Positions 23,766 to 35,823 of a DNA stretch of 49,876 bases are shown one piece after another. Location: positions 1-49,876 of the forward strand of contig CAUPSL010001410.1 of the NCBI GenBank assembly GCA_963514005.1. Direction: 5' to 3'. The number at the start of each line of letters is the position of its first letter. Within the stretch, counting starts at the first letter, position 1. The stretch is from Raja brachyura. Lineage: Eukaryota. The notes under the pieces were generated by a model. The model did not search any database. It was not told where the DNA came from and was given only the letters and a program-made list of their open reading frames with translations. Made by a program: the position numbers and the translations under genes.

Positions 23766-24829
23766 ATAAAAACATCAATTGATTTGGCCTCCACAGCCTT
23801 CCGTGGCAATGATCCATACATTCTCCACCCTATGACTAAATAAATTCCTCATCTCCGTCGGAGGATTAGAGGGCCTGTATTGGAAATACGTATCACTATA
23901 ATTGTTTCTCAGATCGCCCTGGCCTTTGTCCTTTCGAAGAATGCAGCGTCAGCGATCTCCCTGCAGATGCCGATGAACAGTGAAATACGGAACAGCATGA
24001 AGGGTCCACATGATTCCTGGGCTCAACGATGCAGCTAGTGTCATCAAATGTAACTTCACCCTGCTCACTCTCTTATCTCATTGCTAGTACTAAGAGGAAG
24101 ATGCAGGGACATGCGAACCGTGATCGGATGTTTAAAGAACAGCTTCTTAGTTAATTTGCAATACTTTATTTTATTATTGCCATATGTGTCGAGGTACTGG
24201 GAAAGCCTTTTATATTGCGTGCTGTCCACCAAATAACTTTACATGAATGTAATCAGGCCATCCTCAACGATCACGTTGCTGAACCACATTCAGCACCCGG
24301 ACGACAAGCCGACATCAGGGTCGAAACACGAAATACTTTGCACTGAAGTTGCATTACTGTGGCTTGCACTGCTATGGAATAACTGACAACTTACCTCAAC
24401 CTTACAGTTTTGTTCTTGCATTTATTGGGCCCGTAGAGTTGCAGCAACAATGTCATTGTTGTCATGGTGCATGCGACAGTTAAACACTCGTGAGATCTTG
24501 TTGATAGCAGACGGCACCCAGGAATTGGGGAGGAGATTTCGGATGGGAATGACCATTGTACTCGACCGGCGGTCGGTGAGTGCCCGGGTCTTTGTTTGCG
24601 GAAAGACGCAGATCCCCCCTTTGCACCCACGGCCTCCAGTTGCATTGTTCTATGGGGGTATGGAGATGTCAGAGAGGTTGCCGGAAATCTGGTTTAACGG
24701 GATTGGGACAGAAATAAACAAAGAATTGAAATGGCTCTGATGCTGGGAGACATATGATATTACGGGATTCAGCTTAAAGTGGCTGCTTCCAAACAAACAT
24801 TGCACAATAATTTTCATATCCTCCCAATG

Positions 24830-25200
24830 AATTTTTGGATCCTTTGCCCCCGACGTTTGTTGCAGTGCTTCCCAATCGTCAAGATAGGATTCCCTTGGAG
24901 GCCAAGTTTGCTGCTGTGCCGCTCATTCCTGGAATGACTTTTCCCTCTGCTCTGCCTCCTGCTAACTATGAGCCATGAATGTCAGTGTTACTGGTTAGCG
25001 GTGTTTGACCATTCCGCAGCAAATGATAAGAGCAACGTCCGAATTTCAGGGTCAAATAAAGAAAACCACGAGAGAGAAACAACCGAGCTGTTGGTGAAGA
25101 AGTGACTGTGGGGTTATCTTTGCAGAGATCAGCTTCCGCTCACATTGGGGGTAGCAAATGGTGAAAAACTCTTTGATTCACTTCCTCAAACAAACTGTAT
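24830..25200 (+). pseudogene. Decayed promoter and leader-exon remnant
   Basis: Aligns with the reverse complement of about 820-1190; Cys codon TGT changed to TGA, ATG absent. Confidence 0.6.
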
Positions 25201-25216
25201 TCACCATTTGCTATCC

Positions 25217-25838
25217 CAAAGTCAGCATGGTTTTGCAAGTGGGAGGTCGTGTCTCGCAAACAGGATTGAGTTTTTTGAAGACGTGACCCAAATGGTCGAT
25301 GAGGACAGAGCTGTAGATGTTGTATTCATGGATTTCAGTAAAGCATTTGACAAGGTTCCGCATGGTCGGCTGCTCTGGAAGGTTAGATCGCATGGGATCC
25401 AAGGAGAGAGAGCTGAATTAATAGCAAATTGGCTCCATGGAAGGAAGTAGAGTGTGAAGGTGGAAGGTTGCTTCTCGGACTGGAGGCCTGTGACTAATGG
25501 CGTGTCTCACAGTTCGGTGTTGCGCCCGTTACCGTTTGTCATCTACATCAATGATTTGGGTGAGAACATATAGGGCAAGATTATCAAGTTAGCTGATGTT
25601 ACAAAAGTGGGTGATTTTGCAGATAGTGAAGATGGTTGTGAAAGATTGCAGCAGGTTCTGGATCGATTACCCAGGTGGGATGTGGAATGATTGATGGAAT
25701 TTAATGTAGGGAAGTGTGAGGTGTTGCATTTTGTGACGTCTAACAATGGCAGGACCTACGCAGTAAATGGTAGGCCTCTGTGTGGAGTTGTAGAGCAGAG
25801 GGATCTAGGAATCCAGGTGTATGGTTCCTTGAAGATGA
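25217..25838 (+). mobile_element. Older CR1 RT fragment, resumes at about 29900-29975
   Basis: SQHGF..GRSCL...MDFSKAFDKVPH. Confidence 0.85.
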
Positions 25839-25840
25839 GT

Positions 25841-28800
25841 GGGTTTGTTTAAGCGGGGCTTTGTTTAACAGAGGCCCAGGAGCCGTGGAGCAGGAGGAGT
25901 ACCCAATCTGCAACGTTCCAGCACACTTCAAAGAAAGTGGTCTGGAGGAAGCCGATGATTGGTGGAAGTGGACTAGAGGAAGCAGCTGATTGGGAGCAAC
26001 CCCAGGTTTGTATTTCTGCTTTCTGGTTAAAGGCAAAGATTTGTTCAGGGTTCAGTGAGCTAAGGGTTCAGTGAGCTGAGGGTTCAGTGAGTCATGGGTA
26101 CAGTGGGTTAAGGGTTCAGTGAGCCAAGGGTTCAGTGAGTTAAGGGTACAGCGAGCTAACGGTTCAGTGAGCTAAGGGTACAGTGAGCTAATAGTTCAGT
26201 GAGGTAAGGGTTTAGTGAGTTAAGGGTTTCGTGAGTTGAGGGTTCAGTGAGTTAATGGTACAGTGAGTTAAGGGTACAGTGAGTTAAGGGTTCATATAGT
26301 TAAGGATACAGTGAGCTGAAGGTACAGTGCCTTCTTTAGTAAAGGTACAGTTTAAAGGATTAGGATTTTTATAGCGTGAGTGAGTTGAGTTGATTTAATT
26401 TGGGGGTAAGCCTAGTCAGTTGAGATCGGCCCCATGGTTTGCTCATCCTGCAACATGTGGGAGATCAGGGATATGGTAGGTGTCCCTGGTGACTGCGTGT
26501 GCAGGAAGTATGTCCAGCTGCAGCTCCTGGCAGACCGCATTGAACGATTGGAGCTGCGGTTGGATTCATACTGGAGCATTCACGGTGCTGAGAAAGTCGT
26601 GGACAGCACGTACAGTGCGTTGGCCACACCGCAGGTAAACGTTAAGCGGACAGAAAGGAAACGGGTGGCCAGTAGCCAGCGTAGCAATAGGCAGACAGTG
26701 CAGGACCCCCCTGCGGTCATCTCCATCCTAAACAGATATACCATTTTGGATACTGTTGGGGAGGTGGCTCATCAGGGGAAGGCAGCAGCAGCCAAGTTCG
26801 TGGCACCATGCGTGGCTCTGCGGCACAGGAGGGTAGGAAAAGGAGTGGAAGGGCTATAGTAATAGGGGATTCAATTGTAAGGGGAATAGATAGACGTTTC
26901 TGCGGCCGCAAACGAGACTCCAGGGTGGTGTGTTGCCTCCCTGGTGCAAGGGTCAGGGATGTCACTGCGCGGCTGCAGAACATTCTGGAGGGGGAGGGTG
27001 AACAGCCAGTTGTTGTGGTGCACATTGGCACCGATGATAAAGGTAAAAAACGGGATGAGGTCCGACAAGGTGAGTTTAGGGAGCTAGGAGATAAACTTAA
27101 AACTAGGACCTCAAAGGTAATAATCTCTGGATTACTACCAGTGCCACGTGCTAGTCAGAGTAGAAATGGGAGGATATTGCAGATTAATACGTGGCTTGAA
27201 AAATGGTGCACTGGGGAGGGATTCATATTTCTAGGGCATCGGAACCCGTTCTGGAGAGGTGGGACCAGTACATGTAGGACGGTCTGCACCTGGGCAGGAA
27301 TGGAACCAATGTCTTTGGGGGAGTGTTTGTTAGTGCTGTCGGGGAAGATTTAAACTAATGTGACAGGGTAATGGGAGCATGAGCAGAGAGACAGAGGGGT
27401 GTAAAATGTGGGCAGAAGCAATAGGTAGCAAAGTGAAAAGTAAAAGTGGCAGGCAGACAAATCCAGGTCCACTTTTCAACATAATCAAAAAGGACCACTT
27501 TTCAACATAAGTTTATAAGGGGTAAGAGTGTTGCAAAAACGAGCCTGAAGGCCTTGTGTCTCAATGCAAGGAGCATTCGTAATAAGGTAAATGAGTTGAA
27601 TGTGCAGATAGTTATTAATTAATATGATATAGTTGGGATCACGGAGGCATGGCTCCGGGGTGATCAAGGCTGGGAGCTGAGCATCCTGGGATATTCCATA
27701 TTCAGGATGGATAGACAGAAAGGAAAAGGAGGTGGGGTAGCGTTGCTGGTTAGAGAGGAGATTAACGCAATAGAAAGGAAGGACATTAGTTTGGAGGATG
27801 TGGAATCGATATGGGTAGAGCTGCGAAACTCTAAGGGGCAGAAAACGCTAGTGGGAGTTGTGTACAGGCCACCCAATAGTAGTAGTGGAGTTGGGGATGG
27901 CATCAAACCGGAAATTAGAAATGCGTGCAACACGGGTAAAACAGTTATAATGGGTGACTTCAACATATAGATTGGGTGAATCAAATTGGCTGGGGTGCTG
28001 AAGAAGAGGAATTATTGGAATGTATGCGGGATAGTTTTCTAAATCAACATGTAGAGCATCCAACGAGGGAGCAGGCTATTCAAGACTGGGTATTGAGTAA
28101 TGAGGAAGGGTTAGTTAGCAGTCCTGTTGTGCGTGGCCCCTTGGGCAAGAGTGACCATAATGTGGTTGAGTTCTTCATTAGGATGGAGAGTGACATTGTT
28201 AATTAAGAAGCAAGGGTTCTAAACTTAAAGAAAGGTAACTTTGAGGGTATGAGACGTGAATTGGCCAAGATAGGCTGGCAATTGATTCTTAAAGGGTTGA
28301 CGGTGGATATGCAATGGAAGGCATTTAATTAATGCACGGATGAACTACAACAATTGTTCATCCCAGTTTGGCAAAATAATATATCAGTGAAGGTAGTGCA
28401 TCCATGGATACCAAGGGAAATCAGGGATAGTATCAAAAGAAAAGATGAAGCATAAAAATTAGCCAGAAAAAGCAGCCGACCAGAGGACTGGGAGAAATTC
28501 AGTCCAGCAGAAGCGGACAAAGGGCTTAATTAGGAAAGGGAAAATAAATTATGAAAGAAAACTGGCTGAGATCATCATAAAAACGGACTGCAAAAGGTTT
28601 TATAGGTATGTGAAGAGAAAAATATTAGTAACTAATGTAAAAACTAATGTAACCCCACTTTTTTTTTAAAAAGGAGGGAGAGAGAAAACGGGGAATTAGA
28701 CAGTTAGTCTAACATCGGTGGTGGGGAAAATGCTGGAGTCAGTTACTAAAGATGCGATAGCAGCACATTTAGAAAGTGGTGAAATTATTGGACAAAGTCA

Positions 28801-29898
28801 GCATGGATTTATGAAAGGTAAATCTGACGAATCGTATATAATTTTTCGAGGATGTAAATAGTAGAGTGGATAAGGGAGAACCAGTGGATGTGTTATATCT
28901 GGACTTTCAGCAGGCTTTCGACAAGGTCCCACAAAAGAGATTAGTATACAAACTTAAAGCACACGGTATTGGCGGTTCAGTATTGATGTGGATAGAGAAC
29001 AGGCTGGCAGACAGGAAGCAAAGAGTAGGAGTAAACGGGTCCTTTTCAGAGTGGCAGGCAGTGACTAGTGGGGTTTGCGGATGACACGAATCTGGAGGCT
29101 GCAAGGTGACTTGGATAGGTTGGCTGACTGGGAAAATGCATGGCAGATGCAGTATAATGTGGATACATGTGAGGTTATCCACTTTGTTGGCAAGAACAGG
29201 AAAGTAGCCTATTATCTGAATGGTGGCCGATTATGAAAAGGGGAGATGCAACGAGACCTGGGTGTCATGGTACACCAGTCATTGAAAGTAGGCATGCAGG
29301 CGCAGCTGGCAGTGAAGAAAGCGAATGGTATGTTAGCATTCATAGCAAAAGGATTTGAGTATAGGAGCAGGGAGGTTCTACTGCAGTTGTACAGGGTTTT
29401 GGTCAGACCACACCTGAAGTATTGTGTACAGATTGGTCTCCTAATCTGAGGAAAAACATCATTGCCATAGAGGGAGTACAGAGAAGTATCAATTTAAAAG
29501 ATTGAGAGGGATCTTATAGAAACTTACAACAGTCTGAAGGTGTTGGACAAGCTGGATGCAGGAAGATTGTTCCCGATGTTGTGGAAGTCTCGAACTAGGG
29601 GTCACCGTTTAAGAATAAGGGGGAAGTCTTTTCGGACCGACATTAGAAAAACATTTTTCACAGAGAGAGTGGTGAACCTGTGGAATTCTCTGCCACAGAA
29701 GGTAGTTGAGGCCAGTTCATAGGCTATATTTAAGAGTTAGATGTGGCCCTTGTGGCTAAAGGGATCAGGGGGTATGGAGAGAAGGGAGGTACATGATACT
29801 GAGTTGGATGATCAGCTATGATCATATTGAATGGCGGTGCAGGCTCGAAGGGCCGAATGGCCTGCTCCTGCACCTATTTTCTGTGTTTCTATGTTTCT
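25841..29898 (+). mobile_element. Near-full-length dead CR1: tandem-repeat 5'UTR, ORF1 (Zn finger, coiled coil, SGNH esterase), ORF2 (APE-RT) with deletions
   Basis: CSSC...CRK; IVIGDSIVR, CLPGARV, VHIGT; GGGVALLV, GVVYRPP, MGDFN, SDHN; stops and frameshifts; tail at 29877-29898. Confidence 0.93.
26043..26330 (+). repeat. 16-bp tandem repeat (gggttcagtgagctaa), about 18 copies, in the CR1 5'UTR
   Basis: Direct reading; about 8 copies in the duplicate at 37755-37890. Confidence 0.9.
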
Positions 29899-30074
29899 CT
29901 TAGGTGGTCAACCAAGCTTTTGGCACCTTGGTCTTCATCAATCAGAGTATAGAGGTTGGGACGTCATGTTGCAAGACAAGTTGAGATCTATTTTGAAACT
30001 TCCCTTGGATCCCAGTGGCACGAACCTTTTTGGACCTGCCAACCACGTGGGAGTGTAGTAAAAGATCTTATAGT

Positions 30075-30280
30075 AGATACAGTACGATGGAGGTCAGCAT
30101 TACAGCGGCACAGACCCGGGTTCGACTCTGACCTCTGGTACTGCCTGTACGGAGTTTGCGCGTTCTACTGTGACCGCGCGGGTTTTCTCCGGAGGTTCCG
30201 ATTTCCTCCCACACTCCAAACACGTACGTGTTTGTAGATTAATTGGTTTCTGTACATTTTCCGTACTGGGTAGGATACGA
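30075..30280 (+). mobile_element. HE1-type SINE
   Basis: gacccgggttcgactc B-box plus core. Confidence 0.65.
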
Positions 30281-30299
30281 AATAATATATAATTAATTA

Positions 30300-31630
30300 A
30301 TAATAATGTATTTGTCATTCGAACATGTAAGTATACATTTGAACTAAATGTCGTTCCTCGCGGGGCTGAGGATCAAGGTACATAGTGGTTCGTATAGATG
30401 TAAGGTGCCAGTGCAGAGCAGAGGTGTGATTTAGGTGAGGTGCGTGTGTGCGTTCGGGGGCAACAGTGTGTTGATCATTCCAGCATCCAGGGAGAAGTAG
30501 CTGTTGCACATCCTGGTGGTGCTGGCCTTGATGCTCCGGTACCCCATGCCGGACGTAGAGGGCAAAGAATCCACGGGAGGGGTGGGAGGAGTAATTTATA
30601 ATGTTGGAGGCTTTTCGGGTGCATCTTTTGTTGAAAACATCTGGAATGAATGGGAGAGGCTCCCTTGTGATGTTTTCCGCTGTCCTGACTAATCGGCTGC
30701 AGGGGCTTCCTGCCTGACGCGGTGCATCTCCCGGCCCAGACGATGATGCAGCTGGTCATGACGCTCTCTGTGGAGGAACATAGAAAGGATGGGTGGGGGA
30801 AACCTCTCTCGGTTCAGCCTCCTGAGGAAGTATAGCCCCTGCTGAGCCCTCCCATCCAGGTGTGTAGTGTTGAGAGACCAGGAGAAGTCATCAGCGACGT
30901 GCACCCCTGGGAATTTGTGATTGCTCACCTTCTCGACGAGGGGGCCATTTATGTGTGAGGGGGAGTGGGCAACCTGCATTCTCCTGGAGTCTACAATCAT
31001 CTCTTTGGTCTTGGTCACATTCAGAGACAGGTTGTTGCCTTCGCACCAGTTCACAAGCTACGCCACCTCCTCTCTGTAGGCAGTCTCATCATTGTCTCTG
31101 AGGATGCCCACCATTGTAGTGTCATCTGCAAATTTATTATTTGGTTGATATTGTGTTTGGCGGCACAGTCGTGGGTAAGTAGTGTGAATAGTAGTGGACG
31201 ATTGAGGGGCTCCGGTGTACAGAGTGATGGTCTTTCAGGTGTTGTTGCCAATACGGACTGATTGTGGTCCATGTGTTAAGAAATCTAGGATCCAGTTGCA
31301 GAGGCGGGTATTAAGGCCGAGCAGGGAGAGCTTCCCCACCAGCTTCTGAGGGATGATCGTGTTGAATGCGGAGCTGAAGTCAATGAATAGCATCATAGCG
31401 TAGGTGTTTTGTTTTGTTGTCTATGTGGAAGAGGGCTGCATGGAGGGTGGGGGAGATGGTGGCTTTGTGGAGCAGTTAGGACGGTATGCGAACTGCTGGG
31501 GATCTAGTGAGGTGGGGATGCTATTCCTGACGTGTCTAACATGACTAACCGTTCAAAGCACTTCATCACGATGGGGGGCAGTGCCACGGGACGGTAGGCA
31601 TTGAGGCAGGAGACAGATGACTGTATTGGT
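30300..31630 (-). mobile_element. Rex1/Babar-clade LINE RT fragment
   Basis: PLLFTLLTHDC; WCEGNNLSLNVTKTKEMIVD; AQQGLYFLRRL; frameshifted FADD. Confidence 0.8.
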
Positions 31631-31801
31631 GAATACACAGTTAAACGATATTAGTCAGGTCATGGAAAGTGTAAATGGTAGGAACAGTTTTTGAAATGTA
31701 GAGGACGTGGTTTTAAGCTGAGGAGTGAGACGTTTGGAGGATATCTAGTGAGCACTATTCACTTAGAGTGTATTTGGAATCTGGAGTACACTGGACCGCA
31801 C

Positions 31802-31925
31802 TGGAGTGACGTTTCCGGTCGGGACCCTTCCTCAGACCCTTCCGCAGACTAGATCTGAGGAAGGGTCTCGACCCGAAACGTCGCTCCACAGATGCATCCT
31901 CACACGCTTAGTTTCTCCAGCACTT
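31802..31925. mobile_element. Inverted pair of Penelope-like terminal sequences with hammerhead-like cores
   Basis: Arms 31802-31836 and 31854-31888 match at 32/35; CTGAGGA-hairpin-GAAACGTC on both strands. Confidence 0.55.
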
Positions 31926-31964
31926 TAATCTACCTTCGGGAGCTAACCTGGTCGGTGACCGTGC

Positions 31965-32100
31965 NNNNNNNNNNNNNNNNNNNNNNNNNNNNNNNNNNNN
32001 NNNNNNNNNNNNNNNNNNNNNNNNNNNNNNNNNNNNNNNNNNNNNNNNNNNNNNNNNNNNNNNNNNNNNNNNNNNNNNNNNNNNNNNNNNNNNNNNNNNN
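31965..32100. other. Assembly gap (136 N)
   Basis: Run of n. Confidence 1.
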
Positions 32101-32591
32101 TAACGTGAGTGATGTGAATGAGGTACTGACACATGCAAGGCAACCAGGAAACCCGTTGGAGCGGATACTAATGGCGTGGCCATCGATACTCGTTTAAATA
32201 AAATCTTTCCCATCCACCAATGCATCCGATTAGTTCAAATGGTAATTGTACCCGCATCAGACAGCGTTATGCAATTCTCCGTGAATACCTTCAGTGATAT
32301 CTGATGGTTAAAACACAATTGTTGACACATCGTGTCCCTATGTTATGATGTTAATAGAGACATTTAACATGCGCTTAACAGTGACACCCCCACTGTCTCG
32401 CGGAAAGTTTCGATTTTCATAGATTTTTTTTCACTGAATTTCAAATTCCGGATTACAAAACATGGATGGGATTGTCCCCCACCTCTCAAAACGAGAGTGG
32501 GGACGTGTCCCCCGTCCTCCCGGGATTTCTGCCATGGTAGAGGATGACATTAATGATGTGTAGTTTAATTCCTGTCAGGGTGATTACTCTT

Positions 32592-32890
32592 GGGCGGTAC
32601 GGTGCTGCAGCGTTGTTGCCTTCTACAACACTTACAGCTCCAGGCCCCCGAGTTTGATCGACACTCCGGGTGCTGTGTGTACAGAGTTTGTGCGTTCTCT
32701 CCCTGTGACCCCGTGTTTTTCCCAAGATCGGTGGTTTCCTCCCACACTCCAAAGACATATATGTTAGTAGGTTAATTGGCTTGGTATAAATGTAAAATTG
32801 TCTCTGGTTTGTGTCGGATAGTGTTAGTGTGCGGGGTTCACTGTTCGGTGCGGACTTGGCATGTTTCCGCGCTACCTCTCTCAACTGAAC
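32592..32890 (+). mobile_element. HE1-type SINE
   Basis: gggcggtacggtgctgcagcg head; duplicate of 22561-22806. Confidence 0.7.
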
Positions 32891-32934
32891 TGTATCATTG
32901 TCATATTCACACTGAAGTAGGGTCACGACCAGAA

Positions 32935-33650
32935 AGGTCACCTATCCATGTTCTACAGAGATGCTGCCTGACCCGCTGAGTCATTCCAGCACTCTGTGAA
33001 ACGTCACCTATCCATGTTCTCCACAAATGCTACCTGACCCGCTGAGTTACTCCAGCACTCTGTGAAACGTCACCTATCCATGTTCTCCACAGATGCTACC
33101 TGACCCGCTGAGTTACTCCAGCACTCTGTGAAACGTCACCTATCCATGTTCTCCACAGATGCTACCCGACCCGCTGAGTTACTCCAGGACTCTGTGAAAC
33201 GTCACCTATCCATGTTCTCCACAAATGCTACCTGACCCGCTGAGTTACTCCAGCACTCTGTGAAACGTCACCTATCCATGTTCTCCACAAATGCTACCTG
33301 ACCCGCTGAGTTACTCCAGCACTCTGTGAAACGTCACCTATCCATGTTCTCCACAGATGCTACCTGACCCGCTGAGTTACTCCAGCACTCTGTGAAACGT
33401 CACCTATCCATGTTCTCCACAGATGCTACCTGACCCGCCGAGTTACTCCAGCACTCTGTGAAACGTCACCTATCCATGTTCTCCACAAATGCTACCTGAC
33501 CCGCTGAGTTACTCCAGCACTCTGTGAAACGTCACCTATCCATGTTCTCCACAAATGCTACCTGACCCGCTGAGTTAATCCAGCACTCTGTGAAACGTCA
33601 CCTATCCATGTTCTCCACAGATGCTACCTGACCCGCTGAGTCAATCCAGC
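32935..33650 (+). repeat. 66-bp minisatellite, about 11 near-identical copies, from a Penelope-like terminal sequence
   Basis: acgtcacctatccatgttctccac recurs at 33001, 33067, 33133 ... 33595. Confidence 0.95.
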
Positions 33651-33779
33651 ATGTCTTTTTTTCTGTTGCATCAATAGGCATCTTAGAGTTATAGAGTCCT
33701 AAAATGATGCAGTGCGGAAACAGGCCCTACAGCCCAACTTGCCCGAATCATTGTTGTGGTGTAGTGCTGCCTGAACATT

Positions 33780-33970
33780 GGGCAACAAATGAAGAAATCA
33801 ATTGCTACATTTCTTGCTCAGAAATAAACAGAAATATGAGGGTGCAGCAACTGAGCTGTCTCTGACGAAATGCCCGTAGTGGTGTTTTTCATTGCAGGGT
33901 GACAGGATGCTCACATTGAAAGATGACAGCGGGCAATTCAATTTTTACATTTACTTCCTCACACAAACCG
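33780..33970 (+). pseudogene. Decayed promoter and leader remnant (duplicate of 23575-23765) with in-frame TAG
   Basis: Direct alignment; TTGCAGG|GTGACA at 33899. Confidence 0.5.
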
Positions 33971-34207
33971 TAAAAATATCAATTGATTTGGCCTCCACAG
34001 CCTTCCGTGGCAATGAAGTCCACAGATTCGCCACCCTATGGCTAAATAAATTCCTCATCTCCTTCGGAGGGTTCGACGGCCTGTATTCATAATACGTCTC
34101 AATATAATTGTTGCCCAAATAGCCCTGGCCTTTGTCTTTTCGAAGAATGGAGCGTCAGCGATCTCCCTGTTGATGCCCGGAGCCATGAACAGTGAAATAC
34201 GGAGCAG

Positions 34208-34590
34208 AATTATACACATTAATCTTTCATTTTATTTTATTTATATCTTTATTTATTAGCGGCACTATAAGTTACATCAGTGTACATCCCTTGTATTGTA
34301 TTACAGTAATTGTGCCCCTTCATTTTTATTTTTATTTTAAGGCTTTAGAAAAGAGAGAATAGAGAGAAAAATAGCAGCATAGAAAGTAGAAAAGTGAAAA
34401 AGAGATGTGGAAGTGCCAAAGCGTGACAGAGGGAAAGGAAACCCTTGAAGAGATAGAAACGGGAATTAAAAGATAGACCCTGGAGAGAAAAGAAAAAGAA
34501 AGAGGGAAAAATAGAGAAAGAAAAAAGAAAAGCCAGTTACTTTATTATAAACATCTCGCAAAAGGAATCTACCAACTCGACAATTTTTCT
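34208..34590 (-). mobile_element. Unclassified insertion, possibly a LINE 3' end with A-rich tail
   Basis: Absent from the duplicate near 23995; T-rich left end, purine-rich body. Confidence 0.4.
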
Positions 34591-34746
34591 TGAAGGGTCC
34601 ACATGAATCCATACACCCGGATTCTTAGATCCCTCTGCTCTACAACACTACGCATGAAGGGTCCACATGAATCATGGGCTGAACAATGCAGCTAATGCCA
34701 TCAAATACCAACATCACCCTGCTCACTCTCTTATCTCACTGCTAGT

Positions 34747-35823
34747 AGCAATGTTACAAAATTTTGAGATTTTAAAAATCAAGTCTGCAATTTATCCCAT
34801 CAGATAAAGCATAAAAAGAAGTTTAATTTGACACATAATTCACTTTCATATCTTCTGTACTAAGAAAGTTATGACAATTTTCATACTCGGAAATTAGCAT
34901 CTTGTTCCCCATTGCCTTTCAATTCTTAACTCAAAAGCTGTGATCTAGAACAGTTAAAAGCCCATAACTTTCTTAAAAATTAAGAGAACTCAATGAAATT
35001 TTCAGTTATTATAGATTGAAGCATTCTGAATCAAATATGAAACAATCTTACTTGGATGACCTGAAATTAAAGCATATAATTAAAGCATATAATTAGTTAG
35101 TTATCTAATTGTAGCTAATTACAAAATTCAATGAGTAGATCTAAACATCTATCCATTTCTTAAGAAAAGATAAACTTTTTTTTAAATTGCTTAAGTGTCC
35201 AAATAACATTCACACAATAATCCACAATATAACATAATTTTTAAATCTAATTTTCATGAATTTCTGGGCCAAATGGAAGGAATTTAGTGTTTAATGCCAG
35301 TAAATTAAATCAACTAGCGAGTGGGTTTTAGTGGAATGCGGTGGATTGGAACGTTGCAGTTTGCGGTGAAGTCGGGAGGAAAAATACTGTTGGTTCATAC
35401 ATTTTTTTCGATCCCATTTCGCAACTTGAAAATGTGATTAAAGCCTCCCTAAAAACCAACTTTTAATATAAAAATAAACTGTGGATCCTTCATGCGTAGT
35501 GTTGTAGAACAGAGGGATCTAGGAATAAAAATAAACCGTGTACCTTTTTTTTCTCCTCTACGCAAAATCCTTCCCGTTGTCGTCGCTCACGGCTTTTGAA
35601 GCTGATTTTTAAATTAGTCTAGTTAATAAATAATCTAGCGTAATTTAAAAATACCTTCATGAATGAAATGTCGGAGCGATTTTTCTTCCGCAACGAAATC
35701 GCCCGACATGAATCTGCAGAAAAACGCACTTTAAACCCGCCCCCCTCTGAAAGGAGCCAAAGTCACGCACACGGGGAGCGGCAGAACTGCAGCGCTGCTC
35801 AACGTAAATTTTGTAACATACCT
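34747..35823. mobile_element. Non-autonomous DNA transposon with 18-bp imperfect TIRs and 9-bp TSD
   Basis: AGCAATGTTACAAAATTT ... AAATTTTGTAACATACCT (16/18); TSD actgctagt/accgctagt; empty site attgctagt at 24080-24088. Confidence 0.85.

Noticed and set aside
32935-33650. CRISPR-like regular array
   Set aside because: Units are contiguous with no unique spacers; eukaryotic, TE-derived minisatellite.
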